This document shows positions 35,387 through 45,572 of a DNA stretch of 64,000 bases, piece after piece; positions within the stretch are counted from its first letter, which is position 1; each line of letters starts with the position of its first letter. The notes below the pieces were generated by a model, which was not told the DNA's origin, did no database searches, and saw only the letters and a list, made by a program, of their open reading frames with translations. Location of the stretch: the NCBI GenBank assembly GCA_027531255.1, contig JAPZRU010000004.1, forward strand, positions 44,381 to 108,380. The letters run 5' to 3'. Made by a program: the position numbers and the translations under genes. Source of the stretch: Steroidobacteraceae bacterium (lineage in GTDB: Bacteria > Pseudomonadota > Gammaproteobacteria > Steroidobacterales > Steroidobacteraceae).

Positions 35387-37420
35387 ATGCCCCAGGCCGG
35401 CGCACCGCACTGGTGCCACGAAATCGACGCCGAAGGCATCGCGTGGCTCTGCTTCGACCGGCAGGGTGCCTCCACGAATTCGCTGTCGCGCGCGACGATG
35501 GAAGCGCTCGAAGCCGCGCTCCGCTCGATCGAGGCCGCGCGCCCGAGGGGCCTCGTCCTCTGGTCCGCGAAGCCGAACGGCTTCGTGGCCGGCGCCGACA
35601 TCAAGGAGTTCGTCGGCCTGCGCGACGCCGGACAGGCCTACGAACTGATTCGCGGCGGCCAGCTCGTGATCGAGCGTCTCGCGAAGCTGCCCTTCCCGAC
35701 CTGCGCCGCGATCCACGGCTTCGCGCTGGGCGGCGGACTCGAACTTGCGCTTGCCTGCACTTACCGAGTCTGCGCGGACGACGGCAAGGTGACGCTCGGC
35801 CTCCCGGAAGTGCAGCTCGGCATCCACCCGGGCTTCGGGGGCACGGTGCGCGCGCCGCAACTGATCGGGGCGCGGGCAGCGCTCGACCTGATGCTGACCG
35901 GTCGCAGCCTGCGCGCGGACAAGGCGCTCGCAATGGGACTCGTAGACCGCGTCGTGCCAGCCGCGGAGCTGAGGGGCGCCGCTGCGGCGCTCGTGCGCGC
36001 ACGGCCGGCGCCGCGACGTGCGCCGCTGGTGGACCGGCTGCTCGCGCTGCGGCCCGCGCGCGGGTTCGTGGCTGCGCAGACCGAGCGGCAGGTCGCGCGT
36101 CGCGCCCGGCGTGCGCACTATCCGGCCCCCTACGCGATCGTCGATCTCTGGCGACGTCACGGGGCGCGCGGCGAAGCGGCCTACGAGGCCGAGGCCCGTT
36201 CGATCGCGGAGCTGTTCTGCACGCCGACGTCGCGCAGCCTAGTCCGCGTGTTCCTGCTGCAGGACCAGCTGAAGGCGCTCGGCGGCCGCAACGCACCGCA
36301 GTTCCGCAAGGTGCACGTGGTCGGGGCCGGCGTCATGGGCGGCGACATCGCGGCGTGGTGCGCGCACCGCGGCCTCGAGGTCACGCTGCAGGATCGCGCC
36401 CCCGAGTACGTGCAGCCCGCGCTCGACCGGGCACGGGAGTTCTTCGCGAGGCGCGCGCGCAAGCCTGAAGACGCCGCGGCCGCGCAGGCTCGGCTGCGCG
36501 CGGACGTCGAAGGTGCGGGCGTGGCCGACGCCGACGTGGTGATCGAGGCGATCTTCGAGAACGTCGAGGCCAAGCAGGCGCTGTATGCGTCGCTGCTGCC
36601 GAAGATGAAGCCTGACGCGGTGCTCGCGACCAACACCTCGAGCCTGGTGCTCGAGACGCTCGCCGCGCGGCTGCCGGATCCGGCGCGACTGGTCGGTCTG
36701 CACTTCTTCAACCCGGTGTCGAAGATGCCGCTCGTCGAGGTCGTGCATTCCGGTGACACGCAGCAGCCCGCCGTGCAGGCGGCGCTCGCGTTCGCGCGCC
36801 GGCTCGACAAGCTGCCGCTGCCGTGCGCGAGCGCGCCCGGCTTCGTCGTCAACCGCATCCTCTTCCCATACATGATCGAGGCGATGCTGGCCGCGCGCGA
36901 AGGCGTGCCGCTCGCGGTGATCGACGAGACGGCCCTCGCCTTCGGCATGCCCCAGGGTCCGATCGAACTGGCAGACACGGTCGGCCTCGACGTGGCCTAC
37001 CACGTAGGCCAGGTCCTCGCGAAGGCCTTCGGCGGTCCTGCGCCGGACGCGCTGGAGCCGCAGTTGCAGGCTAAGAAGCTCGGCCGCAAGACCGGCGAGG
37101 GCTTCTACCGGTGGGTCGACGGCAGGCCGCGGAAGCCTGACACCGGCGGCGCGAAGGCCCCTGCCGACCTGGAAGACCGGCTGATCCTGCCGATGCTGAA
37201 CGAAGCGGTCGCGGTGCTGCGCGAGCGCTTGGTGACCGATCCCGACCTGCTCGACGCCGGCGTGATCTTCGGCACCGGCTTCGCGCCGTTCCGTGGCGGC
37301 CCGCTGCATTACGCGCGTACGCGCGGCGTCGCGGCGATCGTCGAGCGGCTACGGGAACTCGAACGGCTGCACGGCCGACGCTTCCGTCCCGATCCCGGCT
37401 GGTCCGCACTCGCCCCCTGA
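35387..37420 (+). CDS. bifunctional enoyl-CoA hydratase / 3-hydroxyacyl-CoA dehydrogenase (FadB/FadJ-like)
   Basis: In ORF 34505..37420 the start is ATG 35387 (MPQAGAPHWCHEIDAEGIAWLCFDR...). Crotonase motifs (FVAGADIKEF, GFALGGGLELALAC) are followed by an NAD-binding site (VHVVGAGVMGGDIAAW) and NTSSL. Confidence 0.85.
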   Translation: MPQAGAPHWCHEIDAEGIAWLCFDRQGASTNSLSRATMEALEAALRSIEAARPRGLVLWSAKPNGFVAGADIKEFVGLRDAGQAYELIRGGQLVIERLAKLPFPTCAAIHGFALGGGLELALACTYRVCADDGKVTLGLPEVQLGIHPGFGGTVRAPQLIGARAALDLMLTGRSLRADKALAMGLVDRVVPAAELRGAAAALVRARPAPRRAPLVDRLLALRPARGFVAAQTERQVARRARRAHYPAPYAIVDLWRRHGARGEAAYEAEARSIAELFCTPTSRSLVRVFLLQDQLKALGGRNAPQFRKVHVVGAGVMGGDIAAWCAHRGLEVTLQDRAPEYVQPALDRAREFFARRARKPEDAAAAQARLRADVEGAGVADADVVIEAIFENVEAKQALYASLLPKMKPDAVLATNTSSLVLETLAARLPDPARLVGLHFFNPVSKMPLVEVVHSGDTQQPAVQAALAFARRLDKLPLPCASAPGFVVNRILFPYMIEAMLAAREGVPLAVIDETALAFGMPQGPIELADTVGLDVAYHVGQVLAKAFGGPAPDALEPQLQAKKLGRKTGEGFYRWVDGRPRKPDTGGAKAPADLEDRLILPMLNEAVAVLRERLVTDPDLLDAGVIFGTGFAPFRGGPLHYARTRGVAAIVERLRELERLHGRRFRPDPGWSALAP

Positions 37421-37500
37421 GCCGGCTGGCCGGCCACGCGGGCCACCGGGAGCGCTGTGTTAAGATCCGGGGTCGTCTTGCCGCGCCCGCGCCGGACTCG

Positions 37501-38562
37501 ATGGAAAGCGAGATCGTCGATCCCAGCCTGCTCCGTGCCTTCACGCCGCTCGACGGCCTGAAGCGCGAGAACCTTTACGCGCTGGCGCGCAAGACCTCGC
37601 TGAAGGAGTTGCCGGCAGGCCGGGCGCTGTTCCGGGAAGGCGACACGGACAAGCGGACGGTCTACCTGGTCCGCGGCGAGATCGAACTGCGCAGTGGCGA
37701 CGAGGCGATCGTCACGGTGCGTGCCGGCACCGTCGAGTCGCGCAACCCGCTCGCGCCGGGGATACCGCGCCGCTTCACGGCGCACGCCATCTCGGACGTC
37801 GAGTACGTCTCCATCGACACCGACCTGCTGGACGTCCTGATCACCTGGGACCAGACCGGCACCTACGAGGTCGGGGAGCTGACCGGCAGCGAGCCTGCGG
37901 CCAGCGACGACTGGATGACCACGCTGCTCCAGACCAAGGCCTTCCACCGGATCCCACCCGCCAACCTGCAGGCGATCTTCATGCGGATGCAGCGTGTCGC
38001 ATGCCCCGCGGGCCAGGTCGTGATCAAGCAGGGCGACGAGGGCGACTACTTCTACGCGATCACGCAGGGCCGCTGCGTCGTCACGCGCGAGACGCCGCTG
38101 AACCGCGACGGCATCAAGCTGGCGGAACTGGGCCCCGGCGACACCTTCGGCGAGGAAGCCCTGATCTCGGAATCCAAGCGCAACGCGACCGTCACGATGC
38201 TGACCGACGGCGCGCTGATGCGGCTCGGCAAGCAGGACTTCCACACGCTGCTGAACGAGCCGATGCTGCAATGGGTGAGCTACGACGAGGCCGTCGGCCT
38301 GGTCGATGGCGCCGGCGCGAAGTGGCTCGACGTGCGACTGCCGTCCGAGTTCGAGGTCTTCCGGCTGCCCGGCGCGATCAACGTACCGCTGTACTTCATC
38401 CGCCTGAAGCTGAAGCAGCTGGACCCGAACGTGCGCTACGTGCTGGTCTGCGACACCGGCCGCCGCAGCTCCGCGGGCGCGTACATCCTGAACGAACGCG
38501 GCTTCGACGCCGTGGTGCTGCGCGGCGGCCTCGCGTCGGCCGAAGGCTCGCTGCGGCGCTGA
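37501..38562 (+). CDS. tandem cyclic-nucleotide-binding domains fused to a rhodanese-like domain
   Basis: 353 aa. cNMP domain 1 has LFREGDTDKRTVYLVRGEIEL. cNMP domain 2 has VIKQGDEGDYFYAITQGRC...GPGDTFGEEALI...RNATV. The C-terminus has KWLDVRLPSEFE...GAINVPL...VLVCDTGRRSSAGAYIL (rhodanese fold, active-site Cys loop). Confidence 0.75.
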   Translation: MESEIVDPSLLRAFTPLDGLKRENLYALARKTSLKELPAGRALFREGDTDKRTVYLVRGEIELRSGDEAIVTVRAGTVESRNPLAPGIPRRFTAHAISDVEYVSIDTDLLDVLITWDQTGTYEVGELTGSEPAASDDWMTTLLQTKAFHRIPPANLQAIFMRMQRVACPAGQVVIKQGDEGDYFYAITQGRCVVTRETPLNRDGIKLAELGPGDTFGEEALISESKRNATVTMLTDGALMRLGKQDFHTLLNEPMLQWVSYDEAVGLVDGAGAKWLDVRLPSEFEVFRLPGAINVPLYFIRLKLKQLDPNVRYVLVCDTGRRSSAGAYILNERGFDAVVLRGGLASAEGSLRR

Positions 38563-38572
38563 GGAAAGGGGT

Positions 38573-38593
38573 CGGAGCCTTTTTTCGGCTCCG
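38573..38593. terminator. hairpin CGGAGCC-ttttttc-GGCTCCG between convergent genes (possible bidirectional terminator)
   Basis: 7-bp stem read from the sequence, with a T-rich loop rather than a trailing U-tract. Confidence 0.4.
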
Positions 38594-38622
38594 CGAGACA
38601 GGGGACTGCCCCCCCTCCTCGG

Positions 38623-38976
38623 TCACATCGTATGCGTGGGCTTGTCGCCGCCGAGCGCGCCGGCGAGATAGTTCTCGATCTTCTTCTGCGTGTTGCCGCG
38701 GTCCTGCTCGGAGAACTGCACGCCGATGCCGGCCAAGCGCTTGCCCTGCGCGCCCTTGGGCGTCACCCAGATCACCTTGCCCGCGACCGGCAGCTTCTCC
38801 TCCTCGCCCATCAGGTTGAGGAGCATGAACACCTCGTCGCCGAGCCGGTAGCTGCTGTTGGTCGGGATGAACAGCCCGCCGTTCTTCACGAACGGCATGT
38901 AGGCGAGGTACAGCGCGCTCTTGTCCTTGATGGTGAGCGTCAGCAGTCCCGGCTTGTTCAGAGGCTGTCTGTTCAT
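38623..38976 (-). CDS. pilZ: type IV pilus assembly PilZ-domain protein
   Basis: In ORF 38623..39543 the start is ATG 38974-38976 (MNRQPLNKPGLLTLTIKDKSALYLAYMPFVKNGGLFIPT...VIWVTP...GIGVQF). Classic PilZ located downstream of holB. Confidence 0.85.
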   Translation of the reverse strand: MNRQPLNKPGLLTLTIKDKSALYLAYMPFVKNGGLFIPTNSSYRLGDEVFMLLNLMGEEEKLPVAGKVIWVTPKGAQGKRLAGIGVQFSEQDRGNTQKKIENYLAGALGGDKPTHTM

Positions 38977-38986
38977 GGACCGTCCG

Positions 38987-40024
38987 TCAGCCGGCCCGCG
39001 CGCGCCGCGGCTCGGCGAGCGTCTCGGCGAGGCCGAAGAGCACGCGTTCGAACAGCGAGGCAACGTTCGCCGAGCCGTGGAGCGCCTCGCGCGCACCGCG
39101 GGTCTCGTCAAGAAGCCCGTAGAGGCCCTGAATATGTCGCGTTCCCGCCGCTCCTGGCAAGCCCGGATTGGCGGTAGTGTGACCTGGCGCGGCCCCGGCC
39201 AGCCCCTGCCGGACCCTTTCGGTGATCCAGTTCTCGATCCACCGCAGCCTGGCGGCCGGGAAGTGCTTCGCCCAGCGCTCCGCCAGCTGGATCGGGTCCG
39301 CGTCCGGGCGGCGCAGGTAGGCGGGCAGCTCGGCCATCTCGCGCGGCAGGTCCGCGGCGCCCGCCTCCGCCAACGCCAGCGCATCCGGCGGCACGCCGCC
39401 GACGATCGCCAGCAGGCCCTCCCAGTCCGCCTCGGACCCTCGGTCGCGCAGCCACGCGAGCCCCGTCGCCGCGGGCGGTACCGCGAGTTCGATGCGCTGG
39501 CAGCGGCTCGCGATGGTCGCCGGCAGGCGGTGCGCGCGCGCAAGCGGCAGGATCAATAGCGCGCCGGCGCCCGGCTCCTCGAGCGTCTTCAGCAGCGCGT
39601 TCGCGCCGTTGACGTTCATCGCGTCGGCGGGATCGACGATCGCCACGCGCCGTCCACCGCGCTGGCTCTTGAGCCCAAGCGACTCGATCAGGTCGCGGAC
39701 GTCGTCGATCAGCACCTGCTGCTTGTCCTCGCGAACGGCGATGCGGAGCCGGTCAGGGTGACTGCCCGCCTCGAGCAGCCGGCACGACGCGCAGGTGCCG
39801 CAAGGCGCCGCCTCCGGCCGGTCGCACAGCGCGGCGCGCGCGATCCACTCCGCCAGCGCCGACGTGCCGAGCCCGCTCGGCCCGACGATCTGCAGCGCGT
39901 GCGACAGCCGACCCGCAGCGATCGCGCGTTGCACCTGCTCGCGGGGCGCCGTGAGCCACGGTGCGTCCTGCGCGAGCGCGAACTCGGTGCTCGGCGCACG
40001 GAAGGGCTTCTTCGACTCGCTCAT
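38987..40024 (-). CDS. holB: DNA polymerase III subunit delta'
   Basis: In ORF 38987..40858 the start is ATG 40022-40024, overlapping the tmk stop as ATGA. Contains HALQIVGPSGLG, the Zn-module CGTCASCRL, ANALLKTLEEP and SRCQ. Confidence 0.85.
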   Translation of the reverse strand: MSESKKPFRAPSTEFALAQDAPWLTAPREQVQRAIAAGRLSHALQIVGPSGLGTSALAEWIARAALCDRPEAAPCGTCASCRLLEAGSHPDRLRIAVREDKQQVLIDDVRDLIESLGLKSQRGGRRVAIVDPADAMNVNGANALLKTLEEPGAGALLILPLARAHRLPATIASRCQRIELAVPPAATGLAWLRDRGSEADWEGLLAIVGGVPPDALALAEAGAADLPREMAELPAYLRRPDADPIQLAERWAKHFPAARLRWIENWITERVRQGLAGAAPGHTTANPGLPGAAGTRHIQGLYGLLDETRGAREALHGSANVASLFERVLFGLAETLAEPRRARAG

Positions 40025-40644
40025 GCGCCCAGCTCCGCGAGATGCCGCCACGCCGCCGCCTCGACCGCGTCCGTGTCGCGCGTCGCGTCGATCACGCGCA
40101 CGCGGTCGGGGTCGCGCCGGGCGATCTCGAGGTACTTCGCCCGCACGCGCTCGAAGAAGATCGAGGTCTCGGACTCGATGCGGTCCGCCGCCTGTGCGCG
40201 GCCACGGGCCCGGGCGAGCGCGACGCCGACGGGCGCGTCGAACAGCAGCGTGAGATCCGGCTGCAGGCCGGGATGCGCGAGCCCGGCGAGCGCGGCGATC
40301 GAGGCGTCGCCCACGCCGCGGCCGCCACCCTGATAGGCGTAGGTCGCGTCGGTGTAGCGATCGCAGAGCACCCACGCGCCACGCTCCAGCGCGGGCCGGA
40401 TGCGGTTCGCGGTGTGGACCGCACGCGCCGCGAACATCAGCAGCAGTTCGGCGGCCGGCGGCACGCCCTCTTCTCCCCGTTCCAGCACCAGTGCACGGAT
40501 GCGCTCGGCGAGCGGCGTGCCGCCGGGCTCGCGCGTGGTGACCACCTCGTGTCCGCCCTCGACGAGTCGCGCGCGCAGCCGTTCGAGCTGCGTGGACTTC
40601 CCGACGCCCTCGATGCCCTCGACAGTGACGAAGCGTCCGGTCAT
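40021..40644 (-). CDS. tmk: thymidylate kinase
   Basis: 207 aa starting MTGRFVTVEGIEGVGKSTQ, with TREPGGTP and a DRY motif. Confidence 0.95.
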   Translation of the reverse strand: MTGRFVTVEGIEGVGKSTQLERLRARLVEGGHEVVTTREPGGTPLAERIRALVLERGEEGVPPAAELLLMFAARAVHTANRIRPALERGAWVLCDRYTDATYAYQGGGRGVGDASIAALAGLAHPGLQPDLTLLFDAPVGVALARARGRAQAADRIESETSIFFERVRAKYLEIARRDPDRVRVIDATRDTDAVEAAAWRHLAELGA

Positions 40645-41699
40645 CGCGTGGTTCCGCCGGACGCGCCACTGCTGCGCAGGCGCGCGAGGTAGCGCTGCAC
40701 CGCGGCCGAGTGCTCGGCGTAGGTGCGCGAGAACACGTGCCGGCCGTCGCCGGAGCCGGTCGCGACGAAGAACAGTTCGTCGGTCTCGAGCGGCCGGACC
40801 GCGGCCTCGATCGCGGCACCGCTGGCGAGCGCGATCGGCGTGGGCGGCAGACCGTCACGCGTGTACGTGTTGTACGGCGTGTCGCTGCGGAGGTCGCGCC
40901 GGCGGATGTTGCCGTCGTACGCGCCGCCGAGCCCGTAGATCACGGTCGGATCGGTCTCGAGCCGCATTCCGCGCTGCAGGCGGTTCACGAACACGCCGGC
41001 GATGCGCGGGCGTTCGTCCGGTGCGCCGGTTTCCTTCTCGATGATCGACGCGAGGATCAGCGCCTCGTACGGCGTCTCGATCGGCAGGTTCGGGGCCCGC
41101 TTCTCCCAGGCCGCGGCGAGTTCGCGCTGCAGCCGCCGGTGCGCGAGCTCCAACACCTCGAGATCGGTGGTGCCGCGCGGCACGAGATAGGTGTCAGGGA
41201 ACAGCTGCCCCTCGAAGTGCACGTCCGGGGCGCCGAGCCGCGCCATCAGCGTCGCGTCCGGCGGGCCGACGAACGTGCGGCGGATCACCGGGTTCGCACG
41301 GATCGTCTCCAGCGCCTGCACGAACGTCCACCCCTCGACGAGGGTGATCGGGTGCAGGATCACGCGACCTTCGACCAGCAGGTCGAGCAGGCCCGCGGGA
41401 GTGGTGCCGGGCGGCACCGCGTACTCGCCCGCGCGGATGCGCGACGCCTTGCCTTCGAGGCGGCCCAGCAGCACCCACAGGCGCGGCCGGTCTAGACGAC
41501 CCTCGGCGGCGAGGCGGCGCGCGAGCGTGGCGAGGCCCTCGCCCGGCTTCACCTCGACGACCGCCGGCCCTGCCGACGCGGGCAGCGGTGCGCGGTACCA
41601 CGACAGCACGGCGAGGGCACCGGCACCGGCCAGCAGCAGTGTCAGCAACAGCAGCGCGTAGATCAGCTTGCGCAAACGCCCGCCTCCGCCGACTCCCAC
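40641..41699 (-). CDS. mltG: endolytic peptidoglycan transglycosylase MltG (YceG)
   Basis: In ORF 40641..42158 the TM anchor (RKLIYALLLLTLLLAGAG) is followed by the YceG core (LASIIEKETG...VFVNRL...LQTDPTVIYG-like, YNTYTRDGLPPTPI). Start is GTG 41697-41699 or TTG 41673-41675, overlapping the pabC end. Confidence 0.85.
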   Translation of the reverse strand: MGVGGGGRLRKLIYALLLLTLLLAGAGALAVLSWYRAPLPASAGPAVVEVKPGEGLATLARRLAAEGRLDRPRLWVLLGRLEGKASRIRAGEYAVPPGTTPAGLLDLLVEGRVILHPITLVEGWTFVQALETIRANPVIRRTFVGPPDATLMARLGAPDVHFEGQLFPDTYLVPRGTTDLEVLELAHRRLQRELAAAWEKRAPNLPIETPYEALILASIIEKETGAPDERPRIAGVFVNRLQRGMRLETDPTVIYGLGGAYDGNIRRRDLRSDTPYNTYTRDGLPPTPIALASGAAIEAAVRPLETDELFFVATGSGDGRHVFSRTYAEHSAAVQRYLARLRSSGASGGTTR

Positions 41700-42526
41700 G
41701 CCCGCGCGAGCCGTTGCTGCAACTCGCGACAGACGGGCCCGGGCTCGTAGGTGCGACCGTCGAGAGCCCGCACCGGCCACGCGCCGATCACCGCGTTCGT
41801 CAGGAAGATCTCGCGCGCGGCGTCCAGTTCCGCGTCGCGCAGGTCGCGCACCACGACGCGGTGGCCGGCCTCGGCCAGCCAGTCGAGCGCCTGCGCCCGC
41901 ACCACCCCCGCGACGCCGCAGCGTGCGAGTTCGGGCGTGACGATGGAATCGGCGTAGACGGCGAACACGTTCGTCATCGTGCCGCAGACGACGTAGCCGT
42001 GCACGTCGCTCGTGAGGCCCTCGGCGATCGCGGGATCCGCCCACTCGCGCCGCGCGAGGACCTGCTCGAGGCGGTTCAGGTGCTTGAGGCCGGCGAGCGC
42101 CGGCTGCTCGGCGAGCCGCAACCGGCAGCGGCGCACCGCCACGCCCTGGGTGGCCCACTCCGGGGCGCGGATCCGCGGCAGGAACGCCTGCACGATGCGC
42201 CTCGGGGTGACGGCGTCGGCGACGTACCCCGTGCCGCCGGCACCGCGCGTGAGCACGAGCTTGACGAGCCCCGCACCCGGTATCGCGGCCGCGCGCCGCA
42301 GTTCGGCGACGAGCGTGGCGCGCGCGGGTGCGTCGATCGCCAGGCGTCGGCAGCCTTCCTGCAGGCGGGCGAGGTGCCGGTCGAGCAGCCGCAACCCGCC
42401 CTCGCGCACCGCCAGGGTCTCGTACAGGCCGTCACCGAACTCGAGCCCGCGATCGGGCAGCGGCAGCGAGTTCGCGGCCTGCCCGTCGACCCAGGTGGCG
42501 AGCGCGTCGGTCATCGGGCGCACCAT
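41663..42526 (-). CDS. pabC: aminodeoxychorismate lyase (class IV aminotransferase fold)
   Basis: From ORF 41663..42586. Contains DRGLEFGDGLYETL, LKHLNRLEQVLA and GVAGVVR. Start at ATG 42526 or 42514. Confidence 0.8.
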   Translation of the reverse strand: MVRPMTDALATWVDGQAANSLPLPDRGLEFGDGLYETLAVREGGLRLLDRHLARLQEGCRRLAIDAPARATLVAELRRAAAIPGAGLVKLVLTRGAGGTGYVADAVTPRRIVQAFLPRIRAPEWATQGVAVRRCRLRLAEQPALAGLKHLNRLEQVLARREWADPAIAEGLTSDVHGYVVCGTMTNVFAVYADSIVTPELARCGVAGVVRAQALDWLAEAGHRVVVRDLRDAELDAAREIFLTNAVIGAWPVRALDGRTYEPGPVCRELQQRLARAWESAEAGVCAS

Positions 42527-42548
42527 CCAAGCCGCGCGCTCCAGCCGC

Positions 42549-43919
42549 TCATGGGGTGCCTCCGGTGAGCGCGGCCAGCAGTCCACGCGCCTTCGCGCGC
42601 GTCTCGTCGAGTTCGCGTGCCGGCACCGAGTCCGCGACGATGCCCGCCCCCGCGCGGATCGCGAGTTCCTCGCCCGCGATCGTCGCCGTGCGGATCAGGA
42701 TGTTGAGGTCGAGCGCACCGTCGCGACCGAGGTAGCCCATCGAGCCGGTGTACGCGCCGCGGGCTTCGCCCTCCAGCTCGGCGATGATCTCCATGCAGCG
42801 CACCTTCGGGCAGCCCGTGATCGTGCCGCCGGGGAACAGCGCGCGGATCACGACGCCCGGCGTGACGTCGGTACGCCGCACCCCGCGCACGTTCGAGACG
42901 ATGTGGTGCACGTGCGCGTAGCTCTCGATCGCCATGTACTCGTCGACCTCGACGGTGCCCGCCTCGCAGATGCGGCCGAGGTCGTTGCGCTCGAGGTCGA
43001 GCAGCATCACGTGCTCCGCCTGCTCCTTCGGGTGGCCGCGCAGTTCGGCGATGGTCGCGGCGTCGTCGCCGCGGCGTGGGCGGGTGCCGGCGATCGGCCG
43101 CGTCTCGACGCGGCGGCCCCGCGCCTCCACCAGGCGCTCGGGCGAGGTGGACAGGACGGTGAGGCCGGGCAGGCGCGCGAGACCCGCGAACGGGCCGGGA
43201 TTCGCACGCCGCAGGCGCGCGTAGAGCTCGTGGGCGGCAACGCCGGCGGGCGCGGGGCCGCGCCACGCCCGGGCGAGGTTCGCCTGGTACACGTCGCCGG
43301 CCGCGATGTAATCGAGTGCGCGCTCGACCGCGGCGAGGTAGCGGGCCGGCTCGTCCTCCCGGAGCGGGAGTGCGAGCGGTGTCGCGGGCGGATCCACGGC
43401 CGATCGGCTCGCGAGCGCGGCGTCCAGGTCGCGCATCAGTGCGTCGAGCGCGGCTTCGTGCCCTGCCTCCGCGACCAGCCACAGGTCGCCGCTCGCGTGG
43501 TCGCGAAGGGCCGCAGCGCGCACGCGCTCGGCGACCGCCACCGGCACGGCGGCAGGGCCGGCCGGCAAGCGCAGGCGCGGCTCGATCTCGGCGGCGAGTT
43601 CGTAGCCGAGGTAGAGGAACCAGCCGCCGGCGAACGGCAGCTCGGGGTGCGCAGGACCGCGGTCGCGGGCGAACCAGGCGTCCAGTGCCGCGAGGAACGT
43701 CCCGGCCTCGGCGCCCGGGCCCTGCACGCTGCCGTCCGCTCGACGCACGAGTCGCTCGCCCGACGCCGCGCACACGAGGCTCCAGCGCGAGCGGGCGTGC
43801 TCCTGCGCGCGGCTGGCGCTCTCGAGCAGGAAGGGATAGCGCTCCGGCGCGAACGCGTGCAGCGCGAGCAGGTCGACGTCGCGGCGCTGCAGCCGGCGCA
43901 CGCACGGAGGGGCGCTCAT
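42549..43919 (-). CDS. pabB: aminodeoxychorismate synthase component I
   Basis: 456 aa with the chorismate-binding domain (GDVYQANL..., PGGTITGCPKVRCMEII, RGAYTGSMGYL, AGAGIVADS). Confidence 0.85.
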   Translation of the reverse strand: MSAPPCVRRLQRRDVDLLALHAFAPERYPFLLESASRAQEHARSRWSLVCAASGERLVRRADGSVQGPGAEAGTFLAALDAWFARDRGPAHPELPFAGGWFLYLGYELAAEIEPRLRLPAGPAAVPVAVAERVRAAALRDHASGDLWLVAEAGHEAALDALMRDLDAALASRSAVDPPATPLALPLREDEPARYLAAVERALDYIAAGDVYQANLARAWRGPAPAGVAAHELYARLRRANPGPFAGLARLPGLTVLSTSPERLVEARGRRVETRPIAGTRPRRGDDAATIAELRGHPKEQAEHVMLLDLERNDLGRICEAGTVEVDEYMAIESYAHVHHIVSNVRGVRRTDVTPGVVIRALFPGGTITGCPKVRCMEIIAELEGEARGAYTGSMGYLGRDGALDLNILIRTATIAGEELAIRAGAGIVADSVPARELDETRAKARGLLAALTGGTP

Positions 43920-43941
43920 CTGGCGACCCCGCCGGCGGGGC

Positions 43942-45189
43942 TCAGCGCAGCCGGCGGAAGACGAGGCTGCCGTTCGTCCCGCCGAAGCCGAACGAGTTGG
44001 AAAGCGCGACCTCGATCGGCATGTTGCGGGCCGCGTTCGGCACGTAGTCGAGGTCGCAGTCCGGGTCCGGGTTGTCGAGGTTGATCGTCGGCGGCGCGAC
44101 CTGGTCGCGGATCGCGAGGATCGTGAAGATCGCCTCGACCGCGCCGGCGGCGCCGAGCAGGTGGCCCGTCACGGACTTCGTGGAGCTCACGGCGACGCGC
44201 TTCGCCTGCGCCTCGCCGAGCGCACGCTTGATCGCGAGCGTCTCGGCCTTGTCGCCGAGCGGCGTGGAGGTCGCGTGCGCGTTCACGTAGTGCAGCTGGT
44301 CGGCGTTCACGCCGGCGTCGGCGAGCGCGTTCGCCATCGCGAGGCGCGCGCCCTCGCCGTCCTCGGGCGGCGCCGTGACGTGGTGCGCGTCGCCGCTCAT
44401 GCCGAGGCCGGCGAACTCCGCGTAGATCGTCGCGCCGCGCGCCCGGGCGTGCTCGTACTCCTCGAGCACGATGGCGCCGGCGCCGTCGCTCATCACGAAG
44501 CCGTCGCGGTCGCGATCCCACGGGCGGCTGGCGCGGCCCGGGTCGTCGTTGCGTTCCGACAGAGCGCGGGCCTGGCAGAAGCCGGCCACCGACAACGGGT
44601 TGATCGCCATCTCCGCACCGCCCGCGATCATGACGTCAGCGTCGCCGTACTGGATGGTGCGGGCCGCGATGCCGATGCTGTGCGTGGACGTGGTGCACGC
44701 GGTCACCACCGCGAGATTCGGGCCGCGGAGCCCGTGCTGGATAGACAGGTGCCCCGAGATCATGTTGATGATGCTGGAGGGCACGAAGAACGGCGAAACC
44801 TTCTTCGGCGACTTCGCCTCGAGCAGCTTCAGGTGCTGCTCCTGGATCGTGCCGAGGCCGCCGATGCCCGAGCCCATCGCGACGCCGACGCGCGCGGCGT
44901 TCGAATCGTTCACGACGAGGCCGGCGTCCTTCAGCGCCTGCACGCCCGCGGCGAAACCGTACTGCACGAACGGGTCCATCCGCCGCGCTTCCTTCGCGTC
45001 GAGGTACTGCGCGACGTCGAAGTCGCGGACGTCGCCGGCGAAGCGGGTCGGGAACGCGCTCGTGTCGAAGCGCGTGATCGGCGCGATCCCGCTCCGCCCG
45101 TTGACGACGTTGTCCCACGCGGTCGGGATGGTGCTCCCGACCGGCGAGACGATCCCCATCCCGGTGACGACGACGCGACGCTTGGCCAA
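43942..45189 (-). CDS. fabF: beta-ketoacyl-ACP synthase II
   Basis: 415 aa starting [18 protein letters not shown], with active-site [19 protein letters not shown] and GHLLGAAG. Confidence 0.95.
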   Translation of the reverse strand: MAKRRVVVTGMGIVSPVGSTIPTAWDNVVNGRSGIAPITRFDTSAFPTRFAGDVRDFDVAQYLDAKEARRMDPFVQYGFAAGVQALKDAGLVVNDSNAARVGVAMGSGIGGLGTIQEQHLKLLEAKSPKKVSPFFVPSSIINMISGHLSIQHGLRGPNLAVVTACTTSTHSIGIAARTIQYGDADVMIAGGAEMAINPLSVAGFCQARALSERNDDPGRASRPWDRDRDGFVMSDGAGAIVLEEYEHARARGATIYAEFAGLGMSGDAHHVTAPPEDGEGARLAMANALADAGVNADQLHYVNAHATSTPLGDKAETLAIKRALGEAQAKRVAVSSTKSVTGHLLGAAGAVEAIFTILAIRDQVAPPTINLDNPDPDCDLDYVPNAARNMPIEVALSNSFGFGGTNGSLVFRRLR

Positions 45190-45255
45190 GGGAACTCCGG
45201 TATCGGGAAGCGGAAGCGGTGGGGACGCGCGGCCTGGCTGCCGGAGGGCCGCCTA

Positions 45256-45277
45256 CGCTTCGGCGAGGGCCGAAGCG
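45256..45277 (-). terminator. 9-bp-stem hairpin in acpP-fabF spacer (possible attenuator)
   Basis: CGCTTCGGC-gagg-GCCGAAGCG read from the sequence, with no U-tract. Confidence 0.25.
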
Positions 45278-45329
45278 GTGGGGCCGGCGCCGTCTACCCG
45301 ACGGCGCAGCGGCCCCGCACCGGGTGCCG

Positions 45330-45572
45330 TCAGGCCTTGGCCTGGTGCTCGTTGATGTAGTCGATCGCCTGCTGGACCGTGGTGATCTTCTCCGCGTCCT
45401 CGTCGGGGATCTCGGTCTCGAACTCTTCTTCGAGCGCCATCACGAGTTCGACCGTATCGAGGGAGTCGGCTCCCAGGTCGTCGACGAACGAGGCATCGGC
45501 GGTGACTTCCTCCTCCTTCACCCCGAGCTGCTCGGCAACGATCTTCTTGACCCGCTCTTCGACGCTGCTCAT
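45330..45572 (-). CDS. acpP: acyl carrier protein
   Basis: 80 aa with the phosphopantetheine site [19 protein letters not shown]. Confidence 0.97.
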   Translation of the reverse strand: MSSVEERVKKIVAEQLGVKEEEVTADASFVDDLGADSLDTVELVMALEEEFETEIPDEDAEKITTVQQAIDYINEHQAKA

